DNA from: Mobula birostris
Taxonomy: Eukaryota
Assembly (NCBI RefSeq): GCF_030028105.1
Contig: NC_092377.1
Span: forward strand, 99,516,865 to 99,580,864
DNA: 64,000 bases
Reading direction: 5' to 3'
Shown here: piece after piece, positions 1-12,249 of the stretch
Layout: each line of letters opens with the position of its first letter
Position numbering within the stretch: position 1 is the stretch's first letter
Made by a program: the position numbers and the translations under genes
The notes under the pieces: model-generated
Told to the model about the DNA's origin: nothing
Database searches by the model: none
What the model saw: only the letters and a program-made list of their open reading frames with translations

Positions 1-1009
1 GGAGATGTGTTCAGTGTAGGAGCGAGATTTGGATTAACCAACCTGGAGATAAATCTTGTAAATTATCTTTGTGTTATTGAAGGAGTGAACATATATTTTC
101 TTTGTAACACCAGTATATCAGTTATCGATACCTGGAAAAGATGCCGTATCTCATCCCAGCTTGACGCTTGCTCTGTGTCTGAATGAAGTTTTCTGTTTTA
201 ACTTCTCATTGAAACCCATTGGATCCAGGGCCCTGAGAACACACCAGCAGATCTTCACTCGAGATCAGACACACAACTGCTTGAAGTGTTTTGGGGTGGG
301 GGGGTGGGGTTCTCTATGTTATCTGATCTGACAATGCATTAGAAATTTTATAGCCAGGAAAATTAATTCACCTGTTCAGTGTGGAAAGGGATTCAGCCGT
401 TCATCCAACCTACAGACACCAAGAAGTTAACAGTGGGTAAAATGTCATTAACCTGCTCTGTGTGTGGGAAGGGATGGAATTCAGTCTTGCAACTACAGTA
501 ACACCAACGAGTTCACACTGAAGAGAGGCCAGTACAAGGGATGGGACAGACTCTGTCATCCAGCTTCAAGATACATCAGGGAGCTCATGACACAGTGAGA
601 CAGTACACTTGTTCTGACTGTGGGAGGAGATTCATTCAGTTGTCCAACCTGAACACACATCATAAAATTTACACCAGGGGAGGTTGTTCACCTACTCCAT
701 GTGTGAGATGGAATTCATTGAGTCACCTGAGCTATTGACACATCAGAGATTTCCCACTGGGGAGAGGCTGTTCACCTGCTCTTTAGGTGTGAGAGAATTT
801 CCTAGGTTATCCCACATGCAGACACACCAGTGAGTTCACACCAGGGAGAGGCCATTCACCTGCTCAGGCTGTGGGAAGTGATTCACTGAGTTATCTCACT
901 TTATGAGGTAATAGTGAGTTCACACTGGGAGGCTGCACACCTGCCCTGTGTGAGCAAGGAGGTTTATTCAGTCATCCCGCCTGCTGACAAATCAAGTTCA
1001 CATAGGGGA

Positions 1010-1199
1010 CTTTTGGATCTCCCCCTCCCCCTCCAACTTTCAAATCCCTTACTCATTCTTCCTTCAGTTAGTCCTGATGAAGGGTCTCGGCCTGAAACGT
1101 CGACTGCACCTCTTCCTAGAAATGCTGCCTGGCCTGCTGCGTTCACCAGCAACTTTGATGTGTGTTGCTTGAATTTCCAGCATCTGCAGAATTCCTGTT
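1010..1199 (+). mobile_element. Penelope-like element 3' tail with 14-bp TSD
   Basis: Near-identical to tails at 4600-4759 and 63420-63612; GTTCACATAGGGGA duplicated at 996-1009 and 1200-1213. Confidence 0.9.
1069..1106 (+). ncRNA. Minimal type I hammerhead ribozyme motif in PLE tail
   Basis: AGTC-CTGATGA-AGGgtctcggCCT-GAAA-CGTC^GACT: intact core, helix I AGUC/GACU, palindromic ACGU helix III. Confidence 0.8.
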
Positions 1200-4184
1200 G
1201 TTCACATAGGGGAGACAGTTCAAATAAATCTGTTGAATTTTTAACCATTACGTTTGGCGAATCCAGATGCAAATTGAAGAGTGACTTTTGGTGTCAGATT
1301 CTGCTGTTCATCACACCTGGAAATGAACCCTGGTCACTGGGCACAGGAGGGGTTTGTTCTGATGGCATTAGCCTTTAATTGGACTGGAGTTAAATATTGT
1401 GGGTGTGTCAGAATTAAATCAGTTCTATTTTAAATCTTGTATCTCATGTCATTACTGACTCAATGTTCAGTGGAGAGGCCGTTCCTACCATCTAGTCCCT
1501 GCCAGTGTCTCTGCTCTGTCTCCTCCCATCACTCTTCTCCAATATTTTTATGAATTTTACATATAAGAATACAGAGTACAAGAAAAAAAGATACATCAAT
1601 ACATTATACTAAGTCGTATATAAAGACTCCTTACCCTATATTCATACAGATTAATTAATTTGTAGCATTGAAATATAGCAATTTTATTATATAAAAAAAT
1701 CTAACCCACTACCAAGACCAAAGCTGATTAGTAAAGAAAAAAAATTCGTCATCACCTGTGCTTTAACAGCAAATCAAAGGTTTTGAAAATAATTCAAAGG
1801 TCCCCACAATGTTTGAAAATCTTGGCTAGATTCAGAGATTGAACATCGAATCTTCTCTAAATTTAAACATGACATCACATCATGTAACCATTGAGCGTGA
1901 ATAGGGGGGGCCGCATCTTTCCATTTAAGCAACAGCGTCCTTCTGGCCATAAGAGACATAAAAGCCAAAATGTGCAAGTCAGATGACTCCAAAATTATAT
2001 CCTTTCCTCCAACAATACCAAATAAAGTGGTCAAAGGATTATGCTTAAAGTTTCCTTTGAAAAGTATTGAGAAAGTTTGAAATACTTCTTTCCAGTATTT
2101 TCCAAGACTCGGTCATGTCCAAAACATATGAATGAGTGTAGCTTCTCCAATATTACATGTATCACAATAAGGAGATATATCTAAAACAAACCGAGACAAC
2201 TTATCCTTGGTCATATCGGCCCTATGGACCACCTTAAATTGTAGGAGAGAGTGGCGGGTACATAACGATGAAGTGTTAACCAATTTAAAAATTTAATTCC
2301 AAGTTTCCTCAGAATTTGAAGTCTGTCAATCTTGTTTCCCAAAGATTTTTAATTTTATCTAAAGAAACGCTTCTCATTCCCAACAGCATATTATAAATAT
2401 TAGATATAGATCCATTATAAAAAGGTTTCAAATTAAAAATTACATCTAATAGATTCTTATCAGGACTTTTAGGAAATGTACTTATTTGAGACCGTAAAAA
2501 ATCTCTTACTTGTAGGTATCGATAAAAATGAGTTTTAGGTAAACTATATTTAGTTGACAGTGTTCAAATGAAAAGAGACTTTCCTCTACAAATGAGTCCT
2601 GAAAGCATTTAATACCTAATCTATCCTATTCTTTAAAAGCCACATCAGTCATAGAGGGTTTAAAAGAATAATTAGAAAAAATCGGACTCGAAAGAGAAAA
2701 TCTCAATAAGCCAAGTATTTTCGGAATTGTATTCAAATTCTCATAGTGTGTTTAACTACCAGATTATCAGTTAATTTACTCAGAGACAAAGGAAGTGAGG
2801 ATCCAAGAAGAGAAATATAGAAAATTTATTAACAGAGTTAGCTTCTAAAAAAAAAACCCTCATCGGGCAACCCTTGCGATTAATGTAATATAACCAAAAT
2901 GTAACATTTCTTATATTAACTGCCCAATAATAAAATCTAAAGTTTGGTAAGGCTAACCCTCCATTATTTTTATCTTTCTGAAGATGAATTTTATTTAATC
3001 TAGACGCTTATTCTTCCATATATAAGAAGATATAATAGAGTCAAGAGAATCAAAGAAAGATTTAGGAATAAAAACAGACAATGCCTCAAAAAGATACATA
3101 AATTTAAGTAATATATTCATTTTAATAGAGTTAATTCGGCCAATCAGCGGTAACGAAAGAGGCGACCAATTTGAGAGTATCCTTTTTATGTGATTCAATA
3201 GGGTAAGACAATTTTCTTTAAATGGACGCTTATAGTTTTTAGTAATTGTTATACCTAAGTAGGTAAATTGGTTTCTTACATTTTTAAAAGGAAGGTTAGA
3301 GTTTGTTGGTATCAAATTATTCAAAGGGAAAGGTTCACTTTTATGTAGGTTTAATTTATAACCTGAGAACTGGCTAAAACTGGAGAGTAAAGTAAGTGTA
3401 TGGGGTAACAAAGTGTCAACATTAGAAATAAATAGCAGCAGATCATCAGCGTACAGCGAGACTTTGAGAATAGTTTCTCTCCCTAAAATACTGGTGATAT
3501 CGTTAGGTTCTCAAAGGCAATGGCTAAAGGTTCTAAGGCCAGATCAAAAAGCAAAGGGCTCAACAGACAGCCTTGCCTTGTGCCACGTTGAAGCTTAAAT
3601 GGTTTGGAATTATCAGAATTAGTGATAACCCTAGCAGAAGGAGCTAAATAAAGTAATTTAATATATTGAATGAAAACAGGTCCAGAATTGAATTTTTCTG
3701 AAGTTTTAAATAAATAATTCCATTCAACTCTGTCAAAAGCTTTCTCAGCATCTAGGGATACCACACATTCTGATATCATGTTAGAAGGAGAATAAATAAC
3801 ATTTAATAACTGATGAATATTAAAGTGAGAATATCGATTTTTGATAAATCCAGTTTGGTTATGGAAATGACAGATGGTAAAATATTTTCAATCCTGTGGG
3901 CCAAAACTTTAGATAGGATCTTAGTATCAACATTAAGGAAAGAAATTGGTCTATAAGAAGAGCATTCAGTTGGATCCTTATTCTTTTTAAGGATAAGCGA
4001 AATGGAAGCCTCATAAAAAGATTGAGGGAGTCTGCCCGACTTGAATGAATCCAAAAAAACTGAACATAAATGAGGTATAAGCAGTGAGGAAAAGGTCTTG
4101 TAAAATTCTCCACAAAATCCATCTGGACCCGAAGCTTTCCTCAAATGTAATGATTGCACAGCCTCAACAATTTCTTCAATGTCA

Positions 4185-4759
4185 GAATCTCCCAGTGGCC
4201 ACACATTTTAATTCCACATCCCATTCCCATTCTGACATGTCCATCCACGGCCTCCTCTACTGTAAAGATGAAGCCACACTCAGGTTGGAGGAACAACACC
4301 TTATATTCTGTCTGGGTAGCCTCCAACCTGATGGCATGAACATCAACTTCTCTAACTTCCGCTAAGGCCCCACCTCCCCCTCGTATCCCATCTGTTACTC
4401 ATTTTTATGCACACATTCTTTCTCTCACTCTCCTTTTTCTCCCTCTGTCCCTCTTATTATACCTCTTGCCCATCCTCTGGGTCTCCCCCCCCCCCGTCTT
4501 TCTTCCCAGACCTCCTGTCCCATGATCCTCTCGTATCCCCTTTTGCCTATCACCTGTCCAGCTCTTGGCTCTATCCCTCCCCCTCCTGTCTTCTCCTATC
4601 ATTTTGGATCTCCCCCTCCCCCTCCAACTTTCAAATCCCTTACTCACTCTTCCTTCAGTTAGTCCTGACGAAGGGTCTCGGCCTGAAACGTCGACTGCAC
4701 CTCTTCCTAGAGATGCTGCCTGGCCTGCTGCGTTCACCAGCAACTTTGATGTGTGTTGT
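4185..4759 (+). mobile_element. Penelope 3' fragment inserted in L1 ORF2
   Basis: GIY-YIG C-terminus (HFNSTSHS..RLEEQHLIF..PDGMN) plus 3' UTR; no TSD seen; a short piece of L1 appears lost at the site. Confidence 0.9.
4660..4697 (+). ncRNA. Minimal hammerhead ribozyme motif
   Basis: AGTC-CTGACGA-AGGgtctcggCCT-GAAA-CGTC^GACT, intact core. Confidence 0.8.
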
Positions 4760-6666
4760 TCATTACAGTTGTTATCCTTAGAAGATTCTGAACTATAGTG
4801 TTTAGAATAAAATTCTCTAAAAGTATCATTTATTTCTAAATAATCAGGTGTCCTATCACCATTAGCTTTGAATATTTCTTTCATCTGCTGTTTAGCTATA
4901 AAGGTTTTAATTTGATCAGCCAATAATTTACCTGTTTTATCTCCATGAATATAAAATTGACTGTTATCTCTTAGGAGTTGGGTTTCAATTGGATAGGTTA
5001 AAAAGAGATCATATTTAGTTTTAGTTTCAACACATCTTTTTATATAAGGCAGATTCTGGAGCCAAGGCATACTCTTGGTCTAATTGTTTCAGCTGATCAG
5101 CTAAATCACTTCTCTCTGTATTAGCTTCTTTCTTAATACTTGCAGTATAAGAAATAATTTGTCCTCTAATACACGCCTTAAAGACATTCCATCTGATAAG
5201 ACTAGAAGTCTCCTCTACCGTATTCTCTTCAAAAAAAAGAGTAATTTCTCTCTCCATAAACTTTAAAAAAATCTTTATCAGATAACAAAGTTAAATTAAA
5301 TCGCCAAAACCTATTTGTTTGAAGAAGACTAGGGAAATTTAAAGATAGGAGCACAGGAGCGTGATCTGAGACAGCAATATCTTTATATTCACAGGATCGA
5401 ACTGATGGAATTATTTGGCTATCAATAAAAAAATAATCAATCCTGGAATATGTATGAGAGAGAAATGAATATTTCTTGTCTACTGGATGAAAAAAAAACG
5501 CCAAGCATCAACAATACCTCATTTCATTAAAAAAGATTTAATAAACACAGCTGATTTATTTAATATCATTAGTTTAGAAGATGAATGATCTAAAGCTTGA
5601 TCTAAGCAACAATTAAAGTCCCCATCCATCACCAATGATACAGACTTAGATCTGGCAAAAATGAAAAAAAACGCTCAAAGAAACCTGGGTCATCTATATT
5701 CGGAGCATACACATTGGAAAATACCATTAGTTTGTTATTTAATTTCCCTGATATTATAACAAAACGCCCATTAGTGTCAGAAATTACTTTATGTTGAACA
5801 AAGGGACCTTTATTAACTATAAGGATCGAAACTCCTCTGGCCTTGGCCTGAAATGAAGAATGGAAATGAAGTCCTCCCCATCGATTAAAAAGGCATGAAT
5901 TGTCACACTTACGTACATGGGTTTCTTGAAGAAAAACAATTGGTACCTCAAGTTTTTTAATAAAGGCAAAAATCTTATTTCTTTTCACGGGCTGATTTAG
6001 CCTTTTCTCGTTAAAACTAAGTAAATTAATACTTTGATCCATTTTAAAATTATTTATAAGAAAGGTTAAAGTAGCAATCAGAGAAATGTATATTAAACCC
6101 AAATAATAAATCTTGAGATATATTGGCTAAGCAACAGAATTGACTAGATTCCCAAATCAGGTTCAGGAAAAGAGAACTCCCAATCCCTCTCCGTCCTCCC
6201 AAAGAGAGAAAATCAGTCAAAGAATAACCACTATCTGCCCCTACTGAAAACATTCCTTAGAAAACCTGTTGGAACTGCTCCAAATAATTCAAGGTTATTT
6301 ACTGTTCCAACCAAGACTAAATAATATATAGTAAAAAAAAACAAGCTTAGACAGGTTTATCAAACAGAAAGCAAGTATTCATACTGAAAAATATTAAACA
6401 GTCATTTTTTTAATATACAGTATTTCTGTTTTGCAAGACTTTTAATCTATTCAATATATGTATACAGTCATTTTTTGAGTCTAAAAATTCTTGCGCCTGC
6501 TCCTTCGTCCAAAACCATTTAAGTGATCCATCTTCCATTGTGATTCTCAATCGAGCCGGAAAGGCTTAAAATTTTGGCTGTATAGCTCTGCCATAACTTT
6601 TTTAAACTTAACACGTTCTGCCATCACTTCTGATGAAAAATCTTCAACAATACTTCAAATCTTCAA

Positions 6667-6737
6667 ATGGTTCGGCACAGCCAAGAAGGGCCAAAATGCC
6701 TGTTTTTGTGCTGTAGTTTCTATGGTTCTATGGTTCT
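6667..6737 (+). mobile_element. CR1 3' tail inserted in L1 ORF1
   Basis: Near-identical to the end of the CR1 at 25108-25176, with a TTCTATGG repeat tail; AATAC is duplicated around it. Confidence 0.85.
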
Positions 6738-8239
6738 AATACGAATCTTCTGACCTTAGTAGTCAATCATACCTTTTCCACGGGCATCATGAATCAGATG
6801 GTCCTTTACTTGAAATTCATGGAAACATATAATGACTGTCTTGGTTTTGATTTTGAAGCAGATCCATAGATAGGCAATCTGTGAGCATGATCAATCAAAG
6901 GCAGAGACTTTATAATATCAGGAAATAATTCCATCAAAAGGTTTTCAAAGAATTCTTTAGGATTATCTCCTTCTGTTTGCTCTTTAAGTCCCAAGATTGG
7001 TAAGTTGTTCCTCCTACTTAGGTGTTCCAAATCAATAATCTTCTGTCTCAGTATTTCGTTGGACTTGGATTGTTTTTCATACAGCTTTTGCAAATCATCC
7101 ATTCTCTTGTCCAGTATAGAAATAACCTCTTCATGTTCCTTTATCTTCTTATCAAGCTCAGTTAGAGTTGCTTGAATATCATCTAATTTTGTACCTATTG
7201 GTTTAATTTTAGCGCTAATTTGTTGCGGATCAGCCGACGCTTCTTTTCTGAACTGTTGAAACTCCTCAGTAAGCTTTTTAATAGCTTCCAAAGCTGCTTT
7301 GGTAGTCATAGTAATATAATAACCCGTCTAACAGTAGTATTTCAAAAGGTTGGAAACAAAAGTAAGTAAGTTAGGAGCACCAACAGAGAGCTGTTACTCC
7401 ATCAGCAGCCACCAGGAAAACTCTGTAGTGATATTCTTTTCTCTCTTTCTATTCATTCACCTTCCCCTGAAATCCATCCCTGCTGCTCACTTCCGGCTGC
7501 CCCTGTGGAGACGGGTTCCGAATGGTCGCCACTCTGGATGAAGAAGTGACGTCACTGATCAACTGGTCTCTGACAACTTGCACTCATTCTTCCTTTAAAC
7601 TTGATATCCTTGTGCCCAAGGGCCACAGTCCAGCACCTGTCACTGATCTGCTCCGAAACTTTGCTCAGAATTGTCAATTTTATATGGTATTGACCAATTG
7701 AAATCTGTGCAGCTTCTACCACCTTGTTTGCAAACACAGAATACCAACCATTATACAATCGTACAGGTAGTAATAACCAACAAAACTATATATTATTTAC
7801 TCTTTTAAAAAAATTAGTCTGAGCGGAAGCAGCCAATTACACAGGACAAAGCTTCCTGAATACCTTGGGATGTATCTTATGGATTTTGGGTTGCTGAACA
7901 TGAAAACCACACAAAATTCCCCTACACACAGCAGTTTTTTGAAATTGCCTATACTTATTAAGTCAATTAAAATGCTGCCCACAATGTAAGCTGAATTTTT
8001 TTCCTGTCTTGTCCTTGTGTGTGCTCATTATAATAAAGTGATTGTATTTTCAGGAGTATTTGTGATAGCAAAATGTCTCTCCAATGTTGCAACAACCGCA
8101 ATCCTTGCTGCAGACTTCAACGTTTCTAACAATTCTGAGCCCAGACCAAGATCCCTGTTGCTGACCTCAGTGGTTCTAATTATCCCAAGCAGATTCAGAA
8201 CCCGGACTCCACCGCCAGCAATGTGGGTTTCTAAGACCT

Positions 8240-11045
8240 TGGACACCTTTAAAGTGCCGATTGCAACTTCCAGCTCCGACTCCAGGCTGGATCTTGACCA
8301 ACAATACCTCCAGGCTGGGACTTCACGTGCTACAGTTGGAACCTCCAGTCTCCCCTTCCCCCACCATCACTCTGCAATCCCATGTCTCTCAGGTCCCACT
8401 GCCAGCTCTTGGGTCCTCGGAGACTCTATCTTACTTTCACTCCACCTTCCCTGAACACCACAACTTTCCCCTCTCCTCAGACACCATCAACCCCCTTCCC
8501 TCTCCGATCCCAGCTCTCATCTGTGCCGGATCTTTGCAATTCTCTCTGACATTCCCCTCTCTGAGGCAGAATGTTCTGTTCTCAGTAAGGGGCTCACCTT
8601 CATTCCCCTGCACCCACACCAGTGAGCTTTGCGCCCTCTGTGACTCTGAGTTCTTCTTCCGCCATCTCCATCTCCGTGCCGACTTCTTTGGTGATAACTC
8701 TCCAACCCGCTCCAGTGACCCCTTCCTCCATCTTTAACCATCCTCCTCTTCCTGGACTCACTGCTCTGGTCTTCTGCCTGCTCTGGATCTTTTCATTGCC
8801 AATTGCCAACAGGACATTAACCGTCTAGACTTTAACACTCCCCTCTCCTATTCCAACCTCAGTGCTTCCGAACGCTCGACTCTCATTCACTACCCACCAA
8901 CCCTAACATCACCATCAAACCCCCAGATAAGGTGAGTGCTGTCGTAGTCTGGTGGATTGACCTCTTCTTTGCTGATGCCGGGAGACTACTGTCAGACACC
9001 TCCTCTTACCCCTTGGTTAGGACACCACTAAGGAGCAACAGGCCATTATCTCCCACACCATCACCAACCTTATTAACTCGGGATCTCCCAACCATCGCCA
9101 CCATCCTCGTAGTTCCCGCACCCCACACCTCTTGTTTGTACCTCCCACCTAAGATCCACAAACATGCCTGTCCAGGTAGACCTAGTTTCTGCTTGTCCCT
9201 GCCCCACCAAACTTGTATCTGCATACCCTGGCTCAGTTTTATCCCCACCCCACCCCCACACCGCCAGTTCAGTCCCTTCCTACCTACGCTCCTGACCCTT
9301 CACACGCTCTTGATCTTTTCAATGATTTCAAGTCCTCTGGCCGCAATCATCTTATTTTCACCATAGATGTCCAGTCCCTATACACCTCCAACCCCACCAC
9401 CACTCTCCTCCATCTGGCGGGACTTGTCCTCACTTTCAATAATTTCTCCTTAAGCTCCTCCCATATCCTTCAAACAAAAGGTGTAGCTATGGGCACTTGT
9501 ATGTGTCCCAGCTATGCCTGCCTTTTTGTCAGCGATGTGAAATGGTCTATGCTCCATGCCTACACTCCCCAACTTTTCCAAAGGCTACATCAATAACTGC
9601 ATTTGTGCTGCTTTCTGCACCCACATGGAGCTTGTCAACTTCATCAACTTTGCCTCTAACTTCCACCCTGCCCTCAAATTTACCTGGTGCATTTCTGACA
9701 CCTCCCTCACTTTTCTTGATCTCCATGTCTCTATCTCTGGAGACGGCTTATCTACTGCTATCTTCTATAGACACACTGATTCTCACAGCTACCTGGACTA
9801 TAACTCTTCCCACCCTGTTACTTGTAAAAATGCCTTCCCCTTCTCTCAGTTCCTCCATTTCTATCACGCCTGCTTTCAGGATGAGGCTTTTAATTCCAGA
9901 ACTAAGGAGATTCTCACCTTCTTCAAAGAAAGTTGCTTCCCCTTCCTCCACCATCAGTGCTGCCCTCACCCACATTTCCATTTCATGAACGCCTGCCCAC
10001 ACCTCATTCTCCTGGCTCCCCTCCAAGGATAGGGTTCCTCTTGTCCCTGCCAACCACCCCACCAGCCTCCATGTCTAGAACATAACTCTCTGTAATTTCC
10101 ACCATCTCCAATGAGATCCCACCACCAAGCACATCTTACCCTCTCCCCCCCAACCAGTTTCTGCTTTCTGCAAGGATTGCTCCCTGCACAACTCCCTTGT
10201 CCATTTGTCCCTCCCACACTGATCTCCCTCCTGGCACTGATCCTTGCAAGCAGAATAAGTGCAATGCCTGCCCCTACACCTCCCCCATTACTACCATTCT
10301 GGGCCCCAAACAGTTCTTCCAGGCGACGTGATACTTCACCCGCGATCTGTAGTATTCAGTGCTCCTGGTGTGGCCTCCTGTAAAATGGTGAGACCCTACA
10401 GAGACTGGGGGACTGCTTTGCCAAGCAGCCATGCTCTGTCTGCCCGAAAAAACAGGATCTCGCAGTGGCCACCCATTTTAATTCTACTTCCAATTCCCAT
10501 TCTGACATGTCAGTCCATGGCCTCCTCTACTGCTGCAATGAAACAACACTCAGGTTGGAAGAGCAACACCTTATATTCTGTCTAGGTAGCCTAGAACTTG
10601 AAAGCATGAATGTTGATTTCTCAGCCTTCCAGTAATGCCCCCTCCACTTCACCATTTGCCACTCCCCTTTTCATCTCTCACCTTATCTCCTTACCTGCCC
10701 ATCACCACCCTCTGTTGCTCCTGCCCTTTCCTTTTCTTCCATGATCTTTTGTATTCTCCTGTCAGATTCCCCCTTCTCCAGCCCTTTATCTCTTTCATCA
10801 ATCGACTTCCCAGCTCTTTACTTCATGACTCCCTGCTTCCGGTTTCACCTGTCACCTACTACCTTGGATTTCTTCCTCCCCACTCCCCATCTTCTTACTC
10901 TGACTTCTCATCTTTTTTGTCCAGTCCTGATGAAGGGTCTCAGCCTGAAACATCGACGGTTTACTCTTTTCCACAGACGCTGAGTTCCTCCAACATTTTC
11001 TGTGTATTGCTTGGATTTCTGGCATCTGCAGATGTTCTCTTCTTT
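8240..11045 (+). mobile_element. Long decayed Penelope-like element (RT + GIY-YIG)
   Basis: LPKIHK..PGRP, TIDVQSLYTS, QTKGVAMGT..PSYA.LFV, YINN (YIDD), HPALKFT, FLDL, GIY-YIG remnants; tail has a degenerate hammerhead at 10922-10959 (GAAACATC). Confidence 0.9.
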
Positions 11046-12249
11046 GTGAACTTTCTGTTATATTTGTTGCAAGTATACGATTAAATCCCACAGCCAGAGC
11101 ATGACTCCTCTTATTAAGAAAGCCAATAAGCTCTACTTTGGGTGTAAAATAGGCAACCAAAACAAAGCCTGGGCTTCTAAGATGTGCTGTCAATCTTAGA
11201 GCTTGTCTCAGGTGTCCTCGGAAGTTAATGCCATTCACTGTCCTGCTGATATAGCAAGGACACAAAGATCATGTGATAGACTGCTATTCATGTCTGCCCA
11301 GTGTGTCTGGTTTTTCTGCTTAAAACAAGAAATACTTCAATAGCTCAATAGTTCCACTTAATGTCAGAGAATGTATACAATACACAACCTGAAATTCTTG
11401 CTCTTCACAGACATCCACAAAAACAGAAGGGTACCAGAATGAATGAGTGCTAGTAAAACAGTTCGAACTGCAAAGCTCCCCCTTCCCCCATGCACAAGAA
11501 GCAGCAGCAGATCATCAACCGTCTCCCTACCCCTCACCCATTATTTAAGCAAAAAGCATCAACACCCACCACACTCCAAGCAAGCAATGGCAAAGCCCCC
11601 AAAGACAGGCCATGATCTGTAGTACAACAAAAAACACCTCACTGGTTGCAATGTTCTCCGAGTCCTCTCACTTGAGAATCAGCAGTAAACTCTCCTCCAC
11701 CATCCTGAGAAAGAGAGAGGGAGAGAGCAATTCACCAAGTTCAGAGACCTCTGACAGCCGATCTGCCATTGGGGACATTCCCTTTTCTCCAGCAATGCCT
11801 CAGTCAGTGACAGCGGCGTGGAATCGGCTTGTTCACTGGGCCATGGAGACTCAGAACCATGAAGGTGCTCTCATCTTCCAGGCCGTGTCCTTGGGATATT
11901 GAAAAGTGGCTGGTTGGTGAGCCCGGGGTGTGAGAACCATTGCCGTAAAGAACCGAAGTTTGAGTGCAGCTGTAGGTCAGGAACTCTGACAGAAACCCAT
12001 CCAGCTTGAAAAGGGGAAAGCAGACACTAAAGGAGGAAATCCTTTGAATACCTAAATCTTCCTTCAGCCTGGGGACCCGTGCTGCATTATGATAGTCTCT
12101 CAATAGTGAAGCCACCAGAGACATTAGAGGGCAGACAAAGATACCATGATGTATTGGCCAGCAATGGGGAACGGCACTGATACAGATTTTGAATCCTTTA
12201 TGTTGAGTAAGCCTCACCTGATAACTTGATCTAAGTTAAATGACGAACA

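Larger units (their letters stand above)
230..1440 (+). pseudogene. Tandem C2H2 zinc-finger pseudogene, 3' part plus 3' UTR
   Basis: Repeated HTGERPFTCSVCG..F..SS.L..HQR-like units (e.g. YTCSDCGRRFIQLSNLNTHHKIYT in ORF 541-738) with frameshifts and stops (QTHQ*VH near 830); interrupted by a Penelope tail. Confidence 0.85.
1545..7420 (-). mobile_element. Near full-length decayed L1-clade LINE
   Basis: ORF1 from 7309 (coiled coil, RRNNL..LGL.E, KIRIVEDF). ORF2 about 6042-1774: APE (LQETH, YSRIDYFF, SDHAPV), RT (GPDGF, SLDAEKAFDRVEW, GTRQGC.LSPLLF, YADD) and a C-terminal zinc knuckle; many frameshifts. Confidence 0.9.

Noticed and set aside
914-1378. Recurrent ORFs containing PDEGSRPETST or MLVNAAGQAA (also 4565, 61905, 63383)
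   Set aside because: These are translations of the non-coding Penelope tail and hammerhead.
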